A program made the translations under genes and the position numbers. Under the pieces are notes generated by a model. It did not search any database, was not told where the DNA came from, and worked only from the letters and a program-made list of their open reading frames with translations. This document shows positions 41,360 to 49,770 of a stretch of DNA of 59,994 bases, in pieces; the first letter of the stretch is position 1, and every line of letters begins with the position of its first letter. The stretch covers positions 1 through 59,994 of the forward strand of contig JBOHZD010000129.1 in the NCBI GenBank assembly GCA_050738315.1, given 5' to 3'. The stretch is from Woeseiaceae bacterium (lineage in GTDB: Bacteria; Pseudomonadota; Gammaproteobacteria; Steroidobacterales; Woeseiaceae).

Positions 41360-41752
41360 TTAGTTAATCTGGTTCGAGATCGCACCCAGCAGTTCGTCTT
41401 TCGTAAACGGCTTGGTCAGGTATTGCTCCGAGCCGACGATCCGGCCCCTCGCGCGATCGAACAGCCCGTCCTTGCTCGAGAGCATGATGACCGGCGTATT
41501 CTTGAAAACCTTGTTGTGCTTGATCAGGGAACAGGTCTGATAGCCGTCCAGCCGCGGCATCATGATGTCGACAAAGATCAAGTCCGGCTGGTGGTCCGCA
41601 ATCTTCGAGAGCGCATCAAAGCCGTCGATCGCCGTGAAGACCTGGCAACCTTCCTTGGACAGCAGGGTTTCGGCCGTGCGACGAATGGTCTTACTGTCGT
41701 CCACGACCAGAATCTTCAGTCCGTTCAGACTTCGGGATGCATTATTAGCCAC
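41360..41752 (-). CDS. pilG: Single-domain response regulator PilG
   Basis: CheY-like REC (ILVVDDSKTIRR, VDIMMPRLDG, TKP). 130 aa. Divergent from gshB as in Pseudomonas. Confidence 0.9.
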   Translation of the reverse strand: MANNASRSLNGLKILVVDDSKTIRRTAETLLSKEGCQVFTAIDGFDALSKIADHQPDLIFVDIMMPRLDGYQTCSLIKHNKVFKNTPVIMLSSKDGLFDRARGRIVGSEQYLTKPFTKDELLGAISNQIN

Positions 41753-42018
41753 TGGAATTCCTTAAGCCCTGCGCGCCCTAAGCGGAAGACGCGACTCTTG
41801 TACCATATTGATCTGAAACCCGCCATGATAGGCGCCACATGCTGCAAGTTTACTGATTTTATTCGCTTTTCACGGCGTTCGTAACCGCTCCTCGAGGGGC
41901 CCGCTCATTTTGAGCGAAATCCCGGGCGCCAATCTGGAAACAACACCCGGATTTCGCAATTCCTCCTGCACTGTATAGTTGCAAAACGCCGCATTGCCCA
42001 GCCAGAAGAGGACCGCAC

Positions 42019-42984
42019 ATGCCGCAATCGAAATATCGGCTCGGAGTCGTCATGGACCCGATCGAATCCATTGCACCGAAGAAGGACAGTACGCTCGCGA
42101 TGCTGCTGGAGGCCGCGCGACGCGGCGCGGAAATCCATTACATGCTGCAGCGCGATTTGCGGCTTCTGGGCGGCGATCCGCATGCGCGCTCCACAATTCT
42201 GTCGGTCCGCAACGATCCGCTTGACTGGTTCGAATTTGGCGCATCCGGGGATATCCGACTCACCGATCTGGACGTATTGCTGATGCGCAAGGATCCACCC
42301 TTCGACATGGAGTACATCTACACGAGTTACATCCTCGAACGGGCCGAAATGGCGGGTGTCCTGGTCGTCAACAAGCCGCAGAGCCTCCGGGACATGAACG
42401 AGAAGGCCTACACCGCCTGGTTCGAGGACTGCGCACCGCTGACCCTCATCACGCGTTCCATTGCCGGGATCAGGGGATTTTTACAGGAACACGAGCGCAT
42501 CGTCGTGAAACCGCTGGACGGCATGGGCGGCCGCTCGGTTTTCGTCGTCGCGCAGGGCGACAACAACGCCAACGTCATTTTCGAAACCCTGACCGACAAC
42601 GGCAGGCGATTTGCACTCGCCCAGGTCTACATCCCCGAAATAAGCGCCGGGGACAAGCGCATCCTGCTGGTAGACGGCGAGCCGATCGACTATGCCCTCG
42701 CGCGTATCCCGTCGGCGGACGACAATCGCGGGAACCTCGTCATGGGGGCCAAGGGGGTCGGCCGCGAGCTCTCCGAACGGGACCGCTGGATCTGTTCGCG
42801 CGTCGGGCCGGTATTGCGAGACCGCGGCGTGCTGTTCGCCGGCATCGACGTCATCGGCGATTACCTGACGGAAATAAACGTCACGAGCCCGACCGGCATC
42901 CGCGAACTGGATGCCATCTACGGCCTCAACATCGCCGGCACGCTGTTCGACGCCATTGAAACCAGGTTGAGGCGGCGTCCTTGA
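42019..42984 (+). CDS. gshB: Glutathione synthetase
   Basis: Close collinear similarity to E. coli GshB (GVVMDPIESIAPKKDSTLAMLLEA, LMRKDPPFDMEYIYTSYILERAE, VNKPQSLRDMNEK, KPLDGMGG). Confidence 0.95.
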   Translation: MPQSKYRLGVVMDPIESIAPKKDSTLAMLLEAARRGAEIHYMLQRDLRLLGGDPHARSTILSVRNDPLDWFEFGASGDIRLTDLDVLLMRKDPPFDMEYIYTSYILERAEMAGVLVVNKPQSLRDMNEKAYTAWFEDCAPLTLITRSIAGIRGFLQEHERIVVKPLDGMGGRSVFVVAQGDNNANVIFETLTDNGRRFALAQVYIPEISAGDKRILLVDGEPIDYALARIPSADDNRGNLVMGAKGVGRELSERDRWICSRVGPVLRDRGVLFAGIDVIGDYLTEINVTSPTGIRELDAIYGLNIAGTLFDAIETRLRRRP

Positions 42985-42999
42985 GATGAGGTGCTCGTG

Positions 43000-43199
43000 G
43001 CACGCGGAGCCTGAATTGGGGCGGACTTTTCAGGAACGCCGTGAATACATCCCTGTAGGCTTCGGGCGAAACATCCTTGTTTCGCACGATCCTGAAAAGC
43101 CCGCCCCGATCCAGGCACCGCTCCGACCCTTCCGGGTGACCGTGCGCATGCACTCGAATCGGGCCTCTGTAGGAGTGCGCCATGCGGGCGACCGACGGT
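43000..43199 (+). repeat. Structured intergenic repeat, copy A
   Basis: About 200 bp, near-identical in blocks to 59698-59898. Long imperfect hairpin (arms 43018-43035 / 43090-43107, extendable) enclosing the hairpin gcgaaaca-tcct-tgtttcgc (43066-43085). 3' module ctgtaggag..cgccatgcgggcgaccgacgg. Begins 16 nt after the gshB stop. Confidence 0.75.
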
Positions 43200-43398
43200 A
43201 ACAGCACCCGGAAGTGACTGGTGTTCCTGAGAAGTCCTCCCCAACCCAGGCTTCGCCTTCGATGACGCTAAACGTGCATGAAACCCGCGAGCAGGTGACC
43301 TGCGTCTCATTGAGAACGCGTGCACATAGGTAAAATCGGCGCTTTCGCGGGCCGGCGTCTGTGCCACAATGTTCGAGGTGCGCTAACTTCAGGCAACT

Positions 43399-44352
43399 AT
43401 GGCTGAGATCGCTGCAAACATCGATGCGTTCGCCGAAATCGACGAGGCGGAGGGCCTGCATCAGATCAAGCTGGATGTCGAATCGAAACCGGATCGGCTG
43501 CCGCCGATGCTGTTCCTCGCCGCGCTGATCCACGGCATTCTCATTATCGGCATCACCTTCAATTCGATGCTGGGGGGCGGCAACGAAGCGATCTCGCTCG
43601 AGGTGACGATTCTTGCCGACCCCAAGCAGTCGCGCGCGGAACCCGACGACGCCGATTACCTGGCGCAGGCGAGCCAGGAAGGCCAGGGCAACACGCTGCT
43701 CGAGGTGCGTCCGGGCGCACTGCCCGAAAGCAACATTCCCTTCGACAATGCCGGACGAACGGACGGCGACAGTCTCCGGGATGCACAGCAAGCCCAGCAG
43801 TCGTCGGATCAGCTCCTCACGACCCGGAGCGAGCAGGAACTCGCCGTGTCCGATCAACCGCGTGAGGAACCCAAGCCCGACGCGGCAACTGCGCTCGCTC
43901 TGGAAGCAGGTCTCGATGTGACTTTGCCGCTGCCGCAGGACGAGGAAGCCAGGCCGCTGATTCACGACGACAATCCGCGTGAGCTCGTCACCAGCGTCGA
44001 TACGCGCGAGTCTGTGGTTGCAGGCTATCTCGATCGCTGGAAGAGAAAGATCGAAGCGCTCGGGATTCAGTATTTTCCGGAGCAGGCAATTTCCGGCGGC
44101 CCCATCGGCAGCCCGACGCTCGAGGTGACGATCGATGCATCGGGTCAGTTGAACGAAGTCATCGTCCGCAGATCTTCAGGTTCCCGGGTGCTCGACCAGG
44201 CAGCGCTCAATATTCTGCAACTGGCGGCGCCCTTTGATCCGTTTCCGGAGTCGATTCGAGGGAAATACGATCAGCTGCGGTTCGCTTACAAGTGGGAATT
44301 CAGCAAGATCGAAATTCCGTCGACGGCGGATGCCGGCTCGCCGCAGGAATGA
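43399..44352 (+). CDS. tonB: TonB-family energy transducer (TonB3-like position next to gshB/pilG)
   Basis: N-terminal TM (PMLFLAALIHGILIIGITF), an extended linker, and a C-terminal TonB_C domain (GSPTLEVTIDASGQLNEVIVRRSSGSRVLDQAALNIL). Confidence 0.8.
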   Translation: MAEIAANIDAFAEIDEAEGLHQIKLDVESKPDRLPPMLFLAALIHGILIIGITFNSMLGGGNEAISLEVTILADPKQSRAEPDDADYLAQASQEGQGNTLLEVRPGALPESNIPFDNAGRTDGDSLRDAQQAQQSSDQLLTTRSEQELAVSDQPREEPKPDAATALALEAGLDVTLPLPQDEEARPLIHDDNPRELVTSVDTRESVVAGYLDRWKRKIEALGIQYFPEQAISGGPIGSPTLEVTIDASGQLNEVIVRRSSGSRVLDQAALNILQLAAPFDPFPESIRGKYDQLRFAYKWEFSKIEIPSTADAGSPQE

Positions 44353-44449
44353 CATCCCGTGCAGGAGCGCACCGCGCGTGCGACAGAGTCGCGTTTTGCA
44401 ACGTGAGATAGCGGTTGTTTGCTGCCGGTAGAGGCCCGATACTGTCGCT

Positions 44450-45013
44450 ATGCAACTGCAAGGCTTATTCAGTAATCAGCTGCTGATCGCCATGCCGGGA
44501 ATGGCCGACCCCAATTTCAGCAGTACGGTTACCTTGATTTGTGAACATAACGCCGAAGGCGCGTTGGGCATCGTCGTCAACCGGCCGATGAATCTGAGCC
44601 TGGGCGGTCTCTTCGAACAGCTCGCCGTGCCGGGCGCCGATACCGCCGCCGCCAGGAGGCCCGTGCTGGAGGGCGGTCCGGTTGCCCGGGACCGCGGCTT
44701 CGTATTGCACAACCCGGGAGTCGAATTCGAAAGTTCCGTCGCCGTGTCTCCTTTCATCCAGTTGACGCTCTCCCGCGATATCCTGGATGCCATGGCGGCG
44801 GGCAAAGGCCCGGCCAAGTCGCTGGTTGCGCTCGGCTACGCCGGCTGGGAACCCGGCCAGCTCGAAGCCGAAATGCTCGCGAATACCTGGCTCAGCGTGC
44901 CTGCAACGCCGGAAATCGTGTTCGACGTGCCGTTTTCCGAGCGCTGGATGTCCGCCGCGAAAATCCTGGGAGTCGATATCAATCGCCTGACACCCGATGC
45001 CGGACACGCCTGA
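44450..45013 (+). CDS. YqgE/AlgH family protein
   Basis: LLIAMPGMADPNFSSTVTLICEHNAEGALGIVVNRP is the family N-terminal signature. 187 aa. Confidence 0.9.
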   Translation: MQLQGLFSNQLLIAMPGMADPNFSSTVTLICEHNAEGALGIVVNRPMNLSLGGLFEQLAVPGADTAAARRPVLEGGPVARDRGFVLHNPGVEFESSVAVSPFIQLTLSRDILDAMAAGKGPAKSLVALGYAGWEPGQLEAEMLANTWLSVPATPEIVFDVPFSERWMSAAKILGVDINRLTPDAGHA

Positions 45014-45440
45014 CAGTCCATCACCCGAGACCCTCATCGCATTTGATTTCGGACTGCGCCGCATCGGCGTTGCCGTGGGGCAGAACATCACCGGATCGGC
45101 GCAGCCGCTCGGCAGCGTCGCCAACGGGAGCAGCCCGGACTGGCCGCGGCTGGACCGCCTGCTCGACGAGTGGCGGCCGGCACGGCTCGTGGTCGGAATG
45201 CCCCTGCATACCGATGGTTCCAGAACCGACATGACCGCTGCCGTCGATACATTTGTCCGGGCACTCGGCCGGTACGGGCTGCCGGTCGAGACCATCGACG
45301 AGCGGTATTCCTCCCTGGAGGCGGAGGCAATGCTGGTCGCTCGCCGCAAGCTCGGCATGACCGGCAGAATCCGCAAGGAGATGATCGATGCCGCCGCCGC
45401 CGTGCTGATCGCGGAACGGTGGCTGGCCAACGCGAAATGA
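44997..45440 (+). CDS. ruvX: Holliday junction resolvase-like pre-16S rRNA nuclease RuvX (YqgF)
   Basis: LIAFDFGLRRIGVAVG and DERYSSLEAE motifs. Overlaps the yqgE 3' end. Confidence 0.9.
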   Translation: MPDTPDSPSPETLIAFDFGLRRIGVAVGQNITGSAQPLGSVANGSSPDWPRLDRLLDEWRPARLVVGMPLHTDGSRTDMTAAVDTFVRALGRYGLPVETIDERYSSLEAEAMLVARRKLGMTGRIRKEMIDAAAAVLIAERWLANAK

Positions 45441-45458
45441 GAGTACACTGCGGAGCCA

Positions 45459-46463
45459 ATGTCAGTTACCGAACTGTTTGATACTCCGAAGATCAGCGAC
45501 GCCGCCGATCTTCAGTGCACTGCACAGGGCAGTCTGCGCCATTTGCTGACGCTCAAGGGGTTGAGCCGGGAACGGCTGACTGCATTGCTGGACCGCGCGG
45601 AAGCGTATCTGCGACCTTCCGGCCAGCCGGTGGTCCGTAGCCGCGCGTTGGCGGGTCGCACCGTCGCCAACCTGTTTTTCGAGCCGAGCACGCGCACGCG
45701 CGCATCCTTCGATCTCGCGGCCAAGCGCCTCGGTGCGGACGTCCTCAATCTGGATGTCAACACGTCGTCCCGCAAGAAAGGTGAAAGCATTCTCGACATG
45801 ATTTTCACTTTGCAGGCGATGCGCGTCGACGTCTTCGTCGTGCGTGATGCGAGTGCCGGCGTGCCCGCCTATATCGCGCGGAACGTCAACGAATTCGTCA
45901 GCGTACTGAACGCCGGCGAAGCCGACGTTTCTCACCCGACGCAAGGGTTACTCGATCTACTCACGATTCGCCAGCACAAGCCGGATTTTCCCAACCTGAC
46001 GGTCGCGATCGTCGGCGACATCGCACACTCGCGCGTGGCGCGGTCCGCGGCAGAGGGGCTGGCGACGATGGGTGTCGGTGAATTGCGGCTGGTGTCGCCA
46101 CCGGCGTTGGCTCCGCTTCCCGGTGAACTTCCTGCGGGGCGCATCATGCACCGGCTTGATGACGGAATTCGCGGCGCCGACGTCGTGATGGCACTTCGCA
46201 TCCAGAGGGAGCGCATCGGGAATCTCGACGGCATCCCCGGCATCGACGAATATTTCGCCAAGTACGGCATCAGCCACGAGCGCATGAAACTGGCGGCGCC
46301 AGATGCCATCGTGATGCATCCCGGGCCCATGAACCGCGGCATCGAAATAGAATCGACCCTCGCGGACAGCCCCCGTTCGGTGATCACACAACAGGTGACC
46401 AACGGAGTCGCGGTCCGCATGGCAATTCTGGCTGCCGTGATCGAGACCCTGGACGCCCAGTGA
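45459..46463 (+). CDS. pyrB: Aspartate carbamoyltransferase catalytic chain
   Basis: STRTR, the HPTQ (SHPTQGLLD) motif and HPGPMNRG. 334 aa with an N-terminal extension, as in Pseudomonas-type PyrB. Confidence 0.95.
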   Translation: MSVTELFDTPKISDAADLQCTAQGSLRHLLTLKGLSRERLTALLDRAEAYLRPSGQPVVRSRALAGRTVANLFFEPSTRTRASFDLAAKRLGADVLNLDVNTSSRKKGESILDMIFTLQAMRVDVFVVRDASAGVPAYIARNVNEFVSVLNAGEADVSHPTQGLLDLLTIRQHKPDFPNLTVAIVGDIAHSRVARSAAEGLATMGVGELRLVSPPALAPLPGELPAGRIMHRLDDGIRGADVVMALRIQRERIGNLDGIPGIDEYFAKYGISHERMKLAAPDAIVMHPGPMNRGIEIESTLADSPRSVITQQVTNGVAVRMAILAAVIETLDAQ

Positions 46464-47383
46464 CCGCAGTCGCTTCGACGCGAACTCCGGTCAGGCGGCA
46501 CCGGAGCACGATCTTTGTCGAGGATTCCCGTGTCATCGCCGTGACGAAACTTCCGGGTTCCCAGTACGTGCTGCGCCTGCATGCCCCGCAGACCGCACGA
46601 GCTGCAACGGCAGGCAGTTTCATTCACCTGCAATGCGATATCGACATACCCATGCGGCGCCCGTTGTCGATCATGCGAGCGAACGCCGACGACGGCTGGA
46701 TCGAAGTGCTGTTCAAGATTGTCGGCATTGGCCTGCGATCGCTCGGCCGCAAACAACCGGACGACGTATTGAGCGTGCTCGGGCCGATCGGCAAGGGCTT
46801 CACGCCGGAACGTGACAGGCCGCGCGTGCTGCTGATCGGTGGCGGTGTCGGCATTCCGCCCATGATTTTCCTCGCCGACACCCTGCGGCGCGACGCCCAC
46901 CCCTGGGAGATCCTGGTACTCATGGGCTCCGAAATCCCCTTCCCGTTCGAACTCGTGCCGTCGGCCCTCTCCTGCGACTGGCTCGCGGGAGACCTGGTGA
47001 GTGCCATGCCGCTGCTGGAAGGCTGGGGTATCCCGAGCCGGCTCGCCAGCCTGTCGGAGTTCCGCGGCAGCTTCCGCGGCAATGTCGCCGAACTGGCGCG
47101 GCTGTGGCTGCAGTCGCAAAGCGCGGAACAACTCGGCCAGACGGCAATTTTCACCTGCGGTCCGACGCCGATGCTCGAGGCGGTGGCATTCATGGCCCAG
47201 GAGTTCGGTGTGCCGTGCCAGGCGGCGCTGGAAGAATACATGGCTTGCGCCGTCGGCGGCTGCGCCGGCTGCACCGTGCTGGTGCAGACAGAAACGGGCC
47301 CGGCCATGAAGAGAGTCTGCGTCGACGGCCCGGTCTTTGATGCTGCCACCGTCTTCGTGGCTCCGTCACGTCAGTCGCGATAG
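46460..47383 (+). CDS. PyrK-like FAD/NAD(P)-binding iron-sulfur flavoprotein (dihydroorotate dehydrogenase electron-transfer subunit family)
   Basis: RRPLSIM (FAD-binding), GGGVGIPPM (NAD-binding), and a C-terminal 2Fe-2S pattern CAVGGCAGC...RVCVDGPVF. The GTG start overlaps the pyrB stop (GTGA). Confidence 0.75.
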   Translation: MTAVASTRTPVRRHRSTIFVEDSRVIAVTKLPGSQYVLRLHAPQTARAATAGSFIHLQCDIDIPMRRPLSIMRANADDGWIEVLFKIVGIGLRSLGRKQPDDVLSVLGPIGKGFTPERDRPRVLLIGGGVGIPPMIFLADTLRRDAHPWEILVLMGSEIPFPFELVPSALSCDWLAGDLVSAMPLLEGWGIPSRLASLSEFRGSFRGNVAELARLWLQSQSAEQLGQTAIFTCGPTPMLEAVAFMAQEFGVPCQAALEEYMACAVGGCAGCTVLVQTETGPAMKRVCVDGPVFDAATVFVAPSRQSR

Positions 47384-47485
47384 GGCGGCGTCTTGCTGCT
47401 ATTGAGTGTACGGGGAAGAGGCGCCTTGCCTGAGGGAGGGCAAGGCTCCGTCTCCGATGTCACTCGAAAACGCCGACCGACCCGG

Positions 47486-48544
47486 TCAACCGCCGAAATT
47501 GACCTTGGCTTCGAGGTTGGAGCGGGAATCCGCGTGCGACATTGCTTCTTCGAGCGTAATGATTCCCGATTTGTACAGATTGAGGAGTGCGATGTCGAAG
47601 TTCTGCACGCCCTTCTCGCCGCTGTCCTTGATCGCCTCCTTGACCTCGGAGATGTCGCCTTTGAGGATCAGATCCTTGATGTGAGGTGTGTTGAGCATCA
47701 GCTCGACGGCTGCGACCCGCTTGCCGCTTCGTGAACGCACGAGCCTTTGTGAAATGATCGCACGCAGGTAATGGGCGAGGTCCATGAAAATCTGCACGTG
47801 CTGCTCTTGCGGGAACATGTTGATGATCCGGTCCAGCGTCTCCGGCGCGTTGTTCGAGTGCAGTGTCGCCAGCACGAGATGGCCGGTGCCGGCCATGTCG
47901 ATGGCCGACTGCATGGATTCCTTGTCCCGAATCTCGCCGATCTGAATGACGTCGGGGGCGGCGCGCATCGCGCTCTTCAGGGCGTTGGCATAGGACTTCG
48001 TATCCAGCCCGACTTCACGCTGATTGACGATGGACTGCTTGTTGGGATGCAGGAATTCGATCGGATCCTCGATCGTGATGATATGTGACGAGGTCTTTTC
48101 GTTGCGGTAATTGATCATCGCCGCAAGGGTCGTCGATTTACCGTTGCCGCTGGCGCCGACCATCAGGATCAGGCCGCGCCGGAGCATGACCAGTTCCTTG
48201 AGCTGCTCGGGCATGCCGAGGTCGTCGAGATTCGGCATTTCCGCCGTGATGTAACGCAATACCATCGCCACGTTGCCGCGCTGGTGAAAGACGTTGACGC
48301 GAAAGCGCCCCAGGCCGGCTTCGGAGATGGCAAAATCGACTTCGAGCTCGCGCGTGAAAGTGTCGAGGAGATTCTCGTCCATCAGCTCGATCGCCGCCTG
48401 CTTCACCATTTTCGGTGTCATCTCGAGCTTGTTGACCGGCATGATTTTGCCGTCGATCTTGATCTTTGCAGGCGCGTACGGCGCAAAGAAAAGGTCGGAC
48501 GCTTTCTTTTCCACCATCAATTTGAATAACGGTTTTACATTCAT
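47486..48544 (-). CDS. PilT/PilU-family type IV pilus retraction-type ATPase, third paralogue
   Basis: Walker A GASGNGKST, Asp box ITIEDPIEF, Walker B DVIQIGEIRD, His box TGHLVLATLHSNNA. Lacks the AIRNLIRE motif. 352 aa. Confidence 0.85.
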   Translation of the reverse strand: MNVKPLFKLMVEKKASDLFFAPYAPAKIKIDGKIMPVNKLEMTPKMVKQAAIELMDENLLDTFTRELEVDFAISEAGLGRFRVNVFHQRGNVAMVLRYITAEMPNLDDLGMPEQLKELVMLRRGLILMVGASGNGKSTTLAAMINYRNEKTSSHIITIEDPIEFLHPNKQSIVNQREVGLDTKSYANALKSAMRAAPDVIQIGEIRDKESMQSAIDMAGTGHLVLATLHSNNAPETLDRIINMFPQEQHVQIFMDLAHYLRAIISQRLVRSRSGKRVAAVELMLNTPHIKDLILKGDISEVKEAIKDSGEKGVQNFDIALLNLYKSGIITLEEAMSHADSRSNLEAKVNFGG

Positions 48545-48569
48545 ATAAAGTCGCCGGAATCCATACCGC

Positions 48570-49727
48570 TCAGAAAGTCCGAGCCGTGTCCTCTTCTACG
48601 ATCTTGAGACTCTCGGACTGTTGGTCCGCAATGGAGCCTTCACGCTTGCTCTCGAGCTTGACGCGCAGCCGCAGCTCGTTCTTGGAGTCGGCGTTGCGCA
48701 TTGCCTCTTCGTAGGAAATGACACTGTCTTCGTAAAGCGCAAACAACGCCTGATCGAAAGTCTGCATCCCCAACCGCGTGGACTTGGCCATGATTTCCTT
48801 GATGTGCGCCACCTCGCCCTTGAAGATCAGATCTGCAATCAGCGGCGAGTTGAGCATGATCTCCATCGCCGCCACGCGACCGACGCCGCTCTCACGAGGA
48901 ACCAGCCGCTGAGATACGAAGGCCTTGGTGTTCAGTGACAGGTCCATCAACAACTGCTGCCGTCGCTCTTCGGTGAAAAAGTTGATGATGCGGTCCAGCG
49001 CCTGGTTGGCGCTGTTCGCATGCAAGGTCGCCAGGCAAAGATGGCCGGTTTCGGCAAACTGGATGCCGTACTCCATCGTTTCACGGTCCCGAATCTCGCC
49101 GATCAGAATGACGTCGGGCGCCTGCCTCAGGCAATTTTTCAAGGCCGCATGCCAGGTTTCGGTATCCACGCCGACTTCGCGTTGAGTAATCACACAGCCC
49201 TTGTGAGGGTGTACGTATTCCACGGGGTCTTCGATGGAAATGATATGACCTTTGGAATGTTCGTTCCGATGGCCGATCATCGCTGCAAGGGTGGTTGATT
49301 TACCGGAGCCGGTGCCGCCGACGACGATCACCAGGCCGCGCTTGTTCATCACCACGTCTTTGAGAATCGGCGGCAGTTCCAGGTCGGCGAGCGACGGTAT
49401 TTCGGTCGTGATCGTACGAAGCACCGCGCCGACCAGGCCCTGCTGAATGAATGCGCTGACCCGAAAACGCCCGATACCCTGCGGGCTGATCGCGAAGTTG
49501 CATTCCTTGGTCGCGTCGAACTCCTTGATCTGCTTGTCATTCATGATCGAACGCACCATTATCGCCGACTGTTCCGACGTCAATGGGGTATCGGTGGCTT
49601 TGTGAATCTGGCCGTCGACCTTGATGGCCGGGGGAAATCCGGTGGTGATGAACAGATCCGAGCCCTCTTTCTCGACCATCTTGCGCAACAGATTCTGTGT
49701 CAGTCGCACCGCTTGCTCGCGTTCCAT
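48570..49727 (-). CDS. pilU: Type IV pilus ATPase PilU
   Basis: Walker A GGTGSGKST, TGHLCLATLHANSA, no AIRNLIRE motif, long C-terminal tail. 385 aa, directly downstream of pilT. Confidence 0.85.
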   Translation of the reverse strand: MEREQAVRLTQNLLRKMVEKEGSDLFITTGFPPAIKVDGQIHKATDTPLTSEQSAIMVRSIMNDKQIKEFDATKECNFAISPQGIGRFRVSAFIQQGLVGAVLRTITTEIPSLADLELPPILKDVVMNKRGLVIVVGGTGSGKSTTLAAMIGHRNEHSKGHIISIEDPVEYVHPHKGCVITQREVGVDTETWHAALKNCLRQAPDVILIGEIRDRETMEYGIQFAETGHLCLATLHANSANQALDRIINFFTEERRQQLLMDLSLNTKAFVSQRLVPRESGVGRVAAMEIMLNSPLIADLIFKGEVAHIKEIMAKSTRLGMQTFDQALFALYEDSVISYEEAMRNADSKNELRLRVKLESKREGSIADQQSESLKIVEEDTARTF

Positions 49728-49770
49728 ATCCCTCTACTCCCTCCGCGCCGCGCCACTCGCGCCCGCGGCG

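Noticed and set aside
42986-43201. 71-aa ORF, and the similar 78-aa ORF at 59693..59929, encoding look-alike peptides (FQERREY.PVGFGRNI.VSHDPEK)
   Set aside because: The similarity is at nucleotide level in all frames. A 1-nt indel between the copies breaks the shared frame while DNA similarity continues, and neither ORF has an RBS. I interpret them as part of a non-coding repeat.
43030-47131. Long minus-strand ORFs 43030..43965, 44465..45448 and 45932..47131
   Set aside because: They are antisense to tonB, yqgE/ruvX and pyrB/pyrK-like respectively. Composition is Arg/Gly/Ala/Pro-rich with no recognisable domains.
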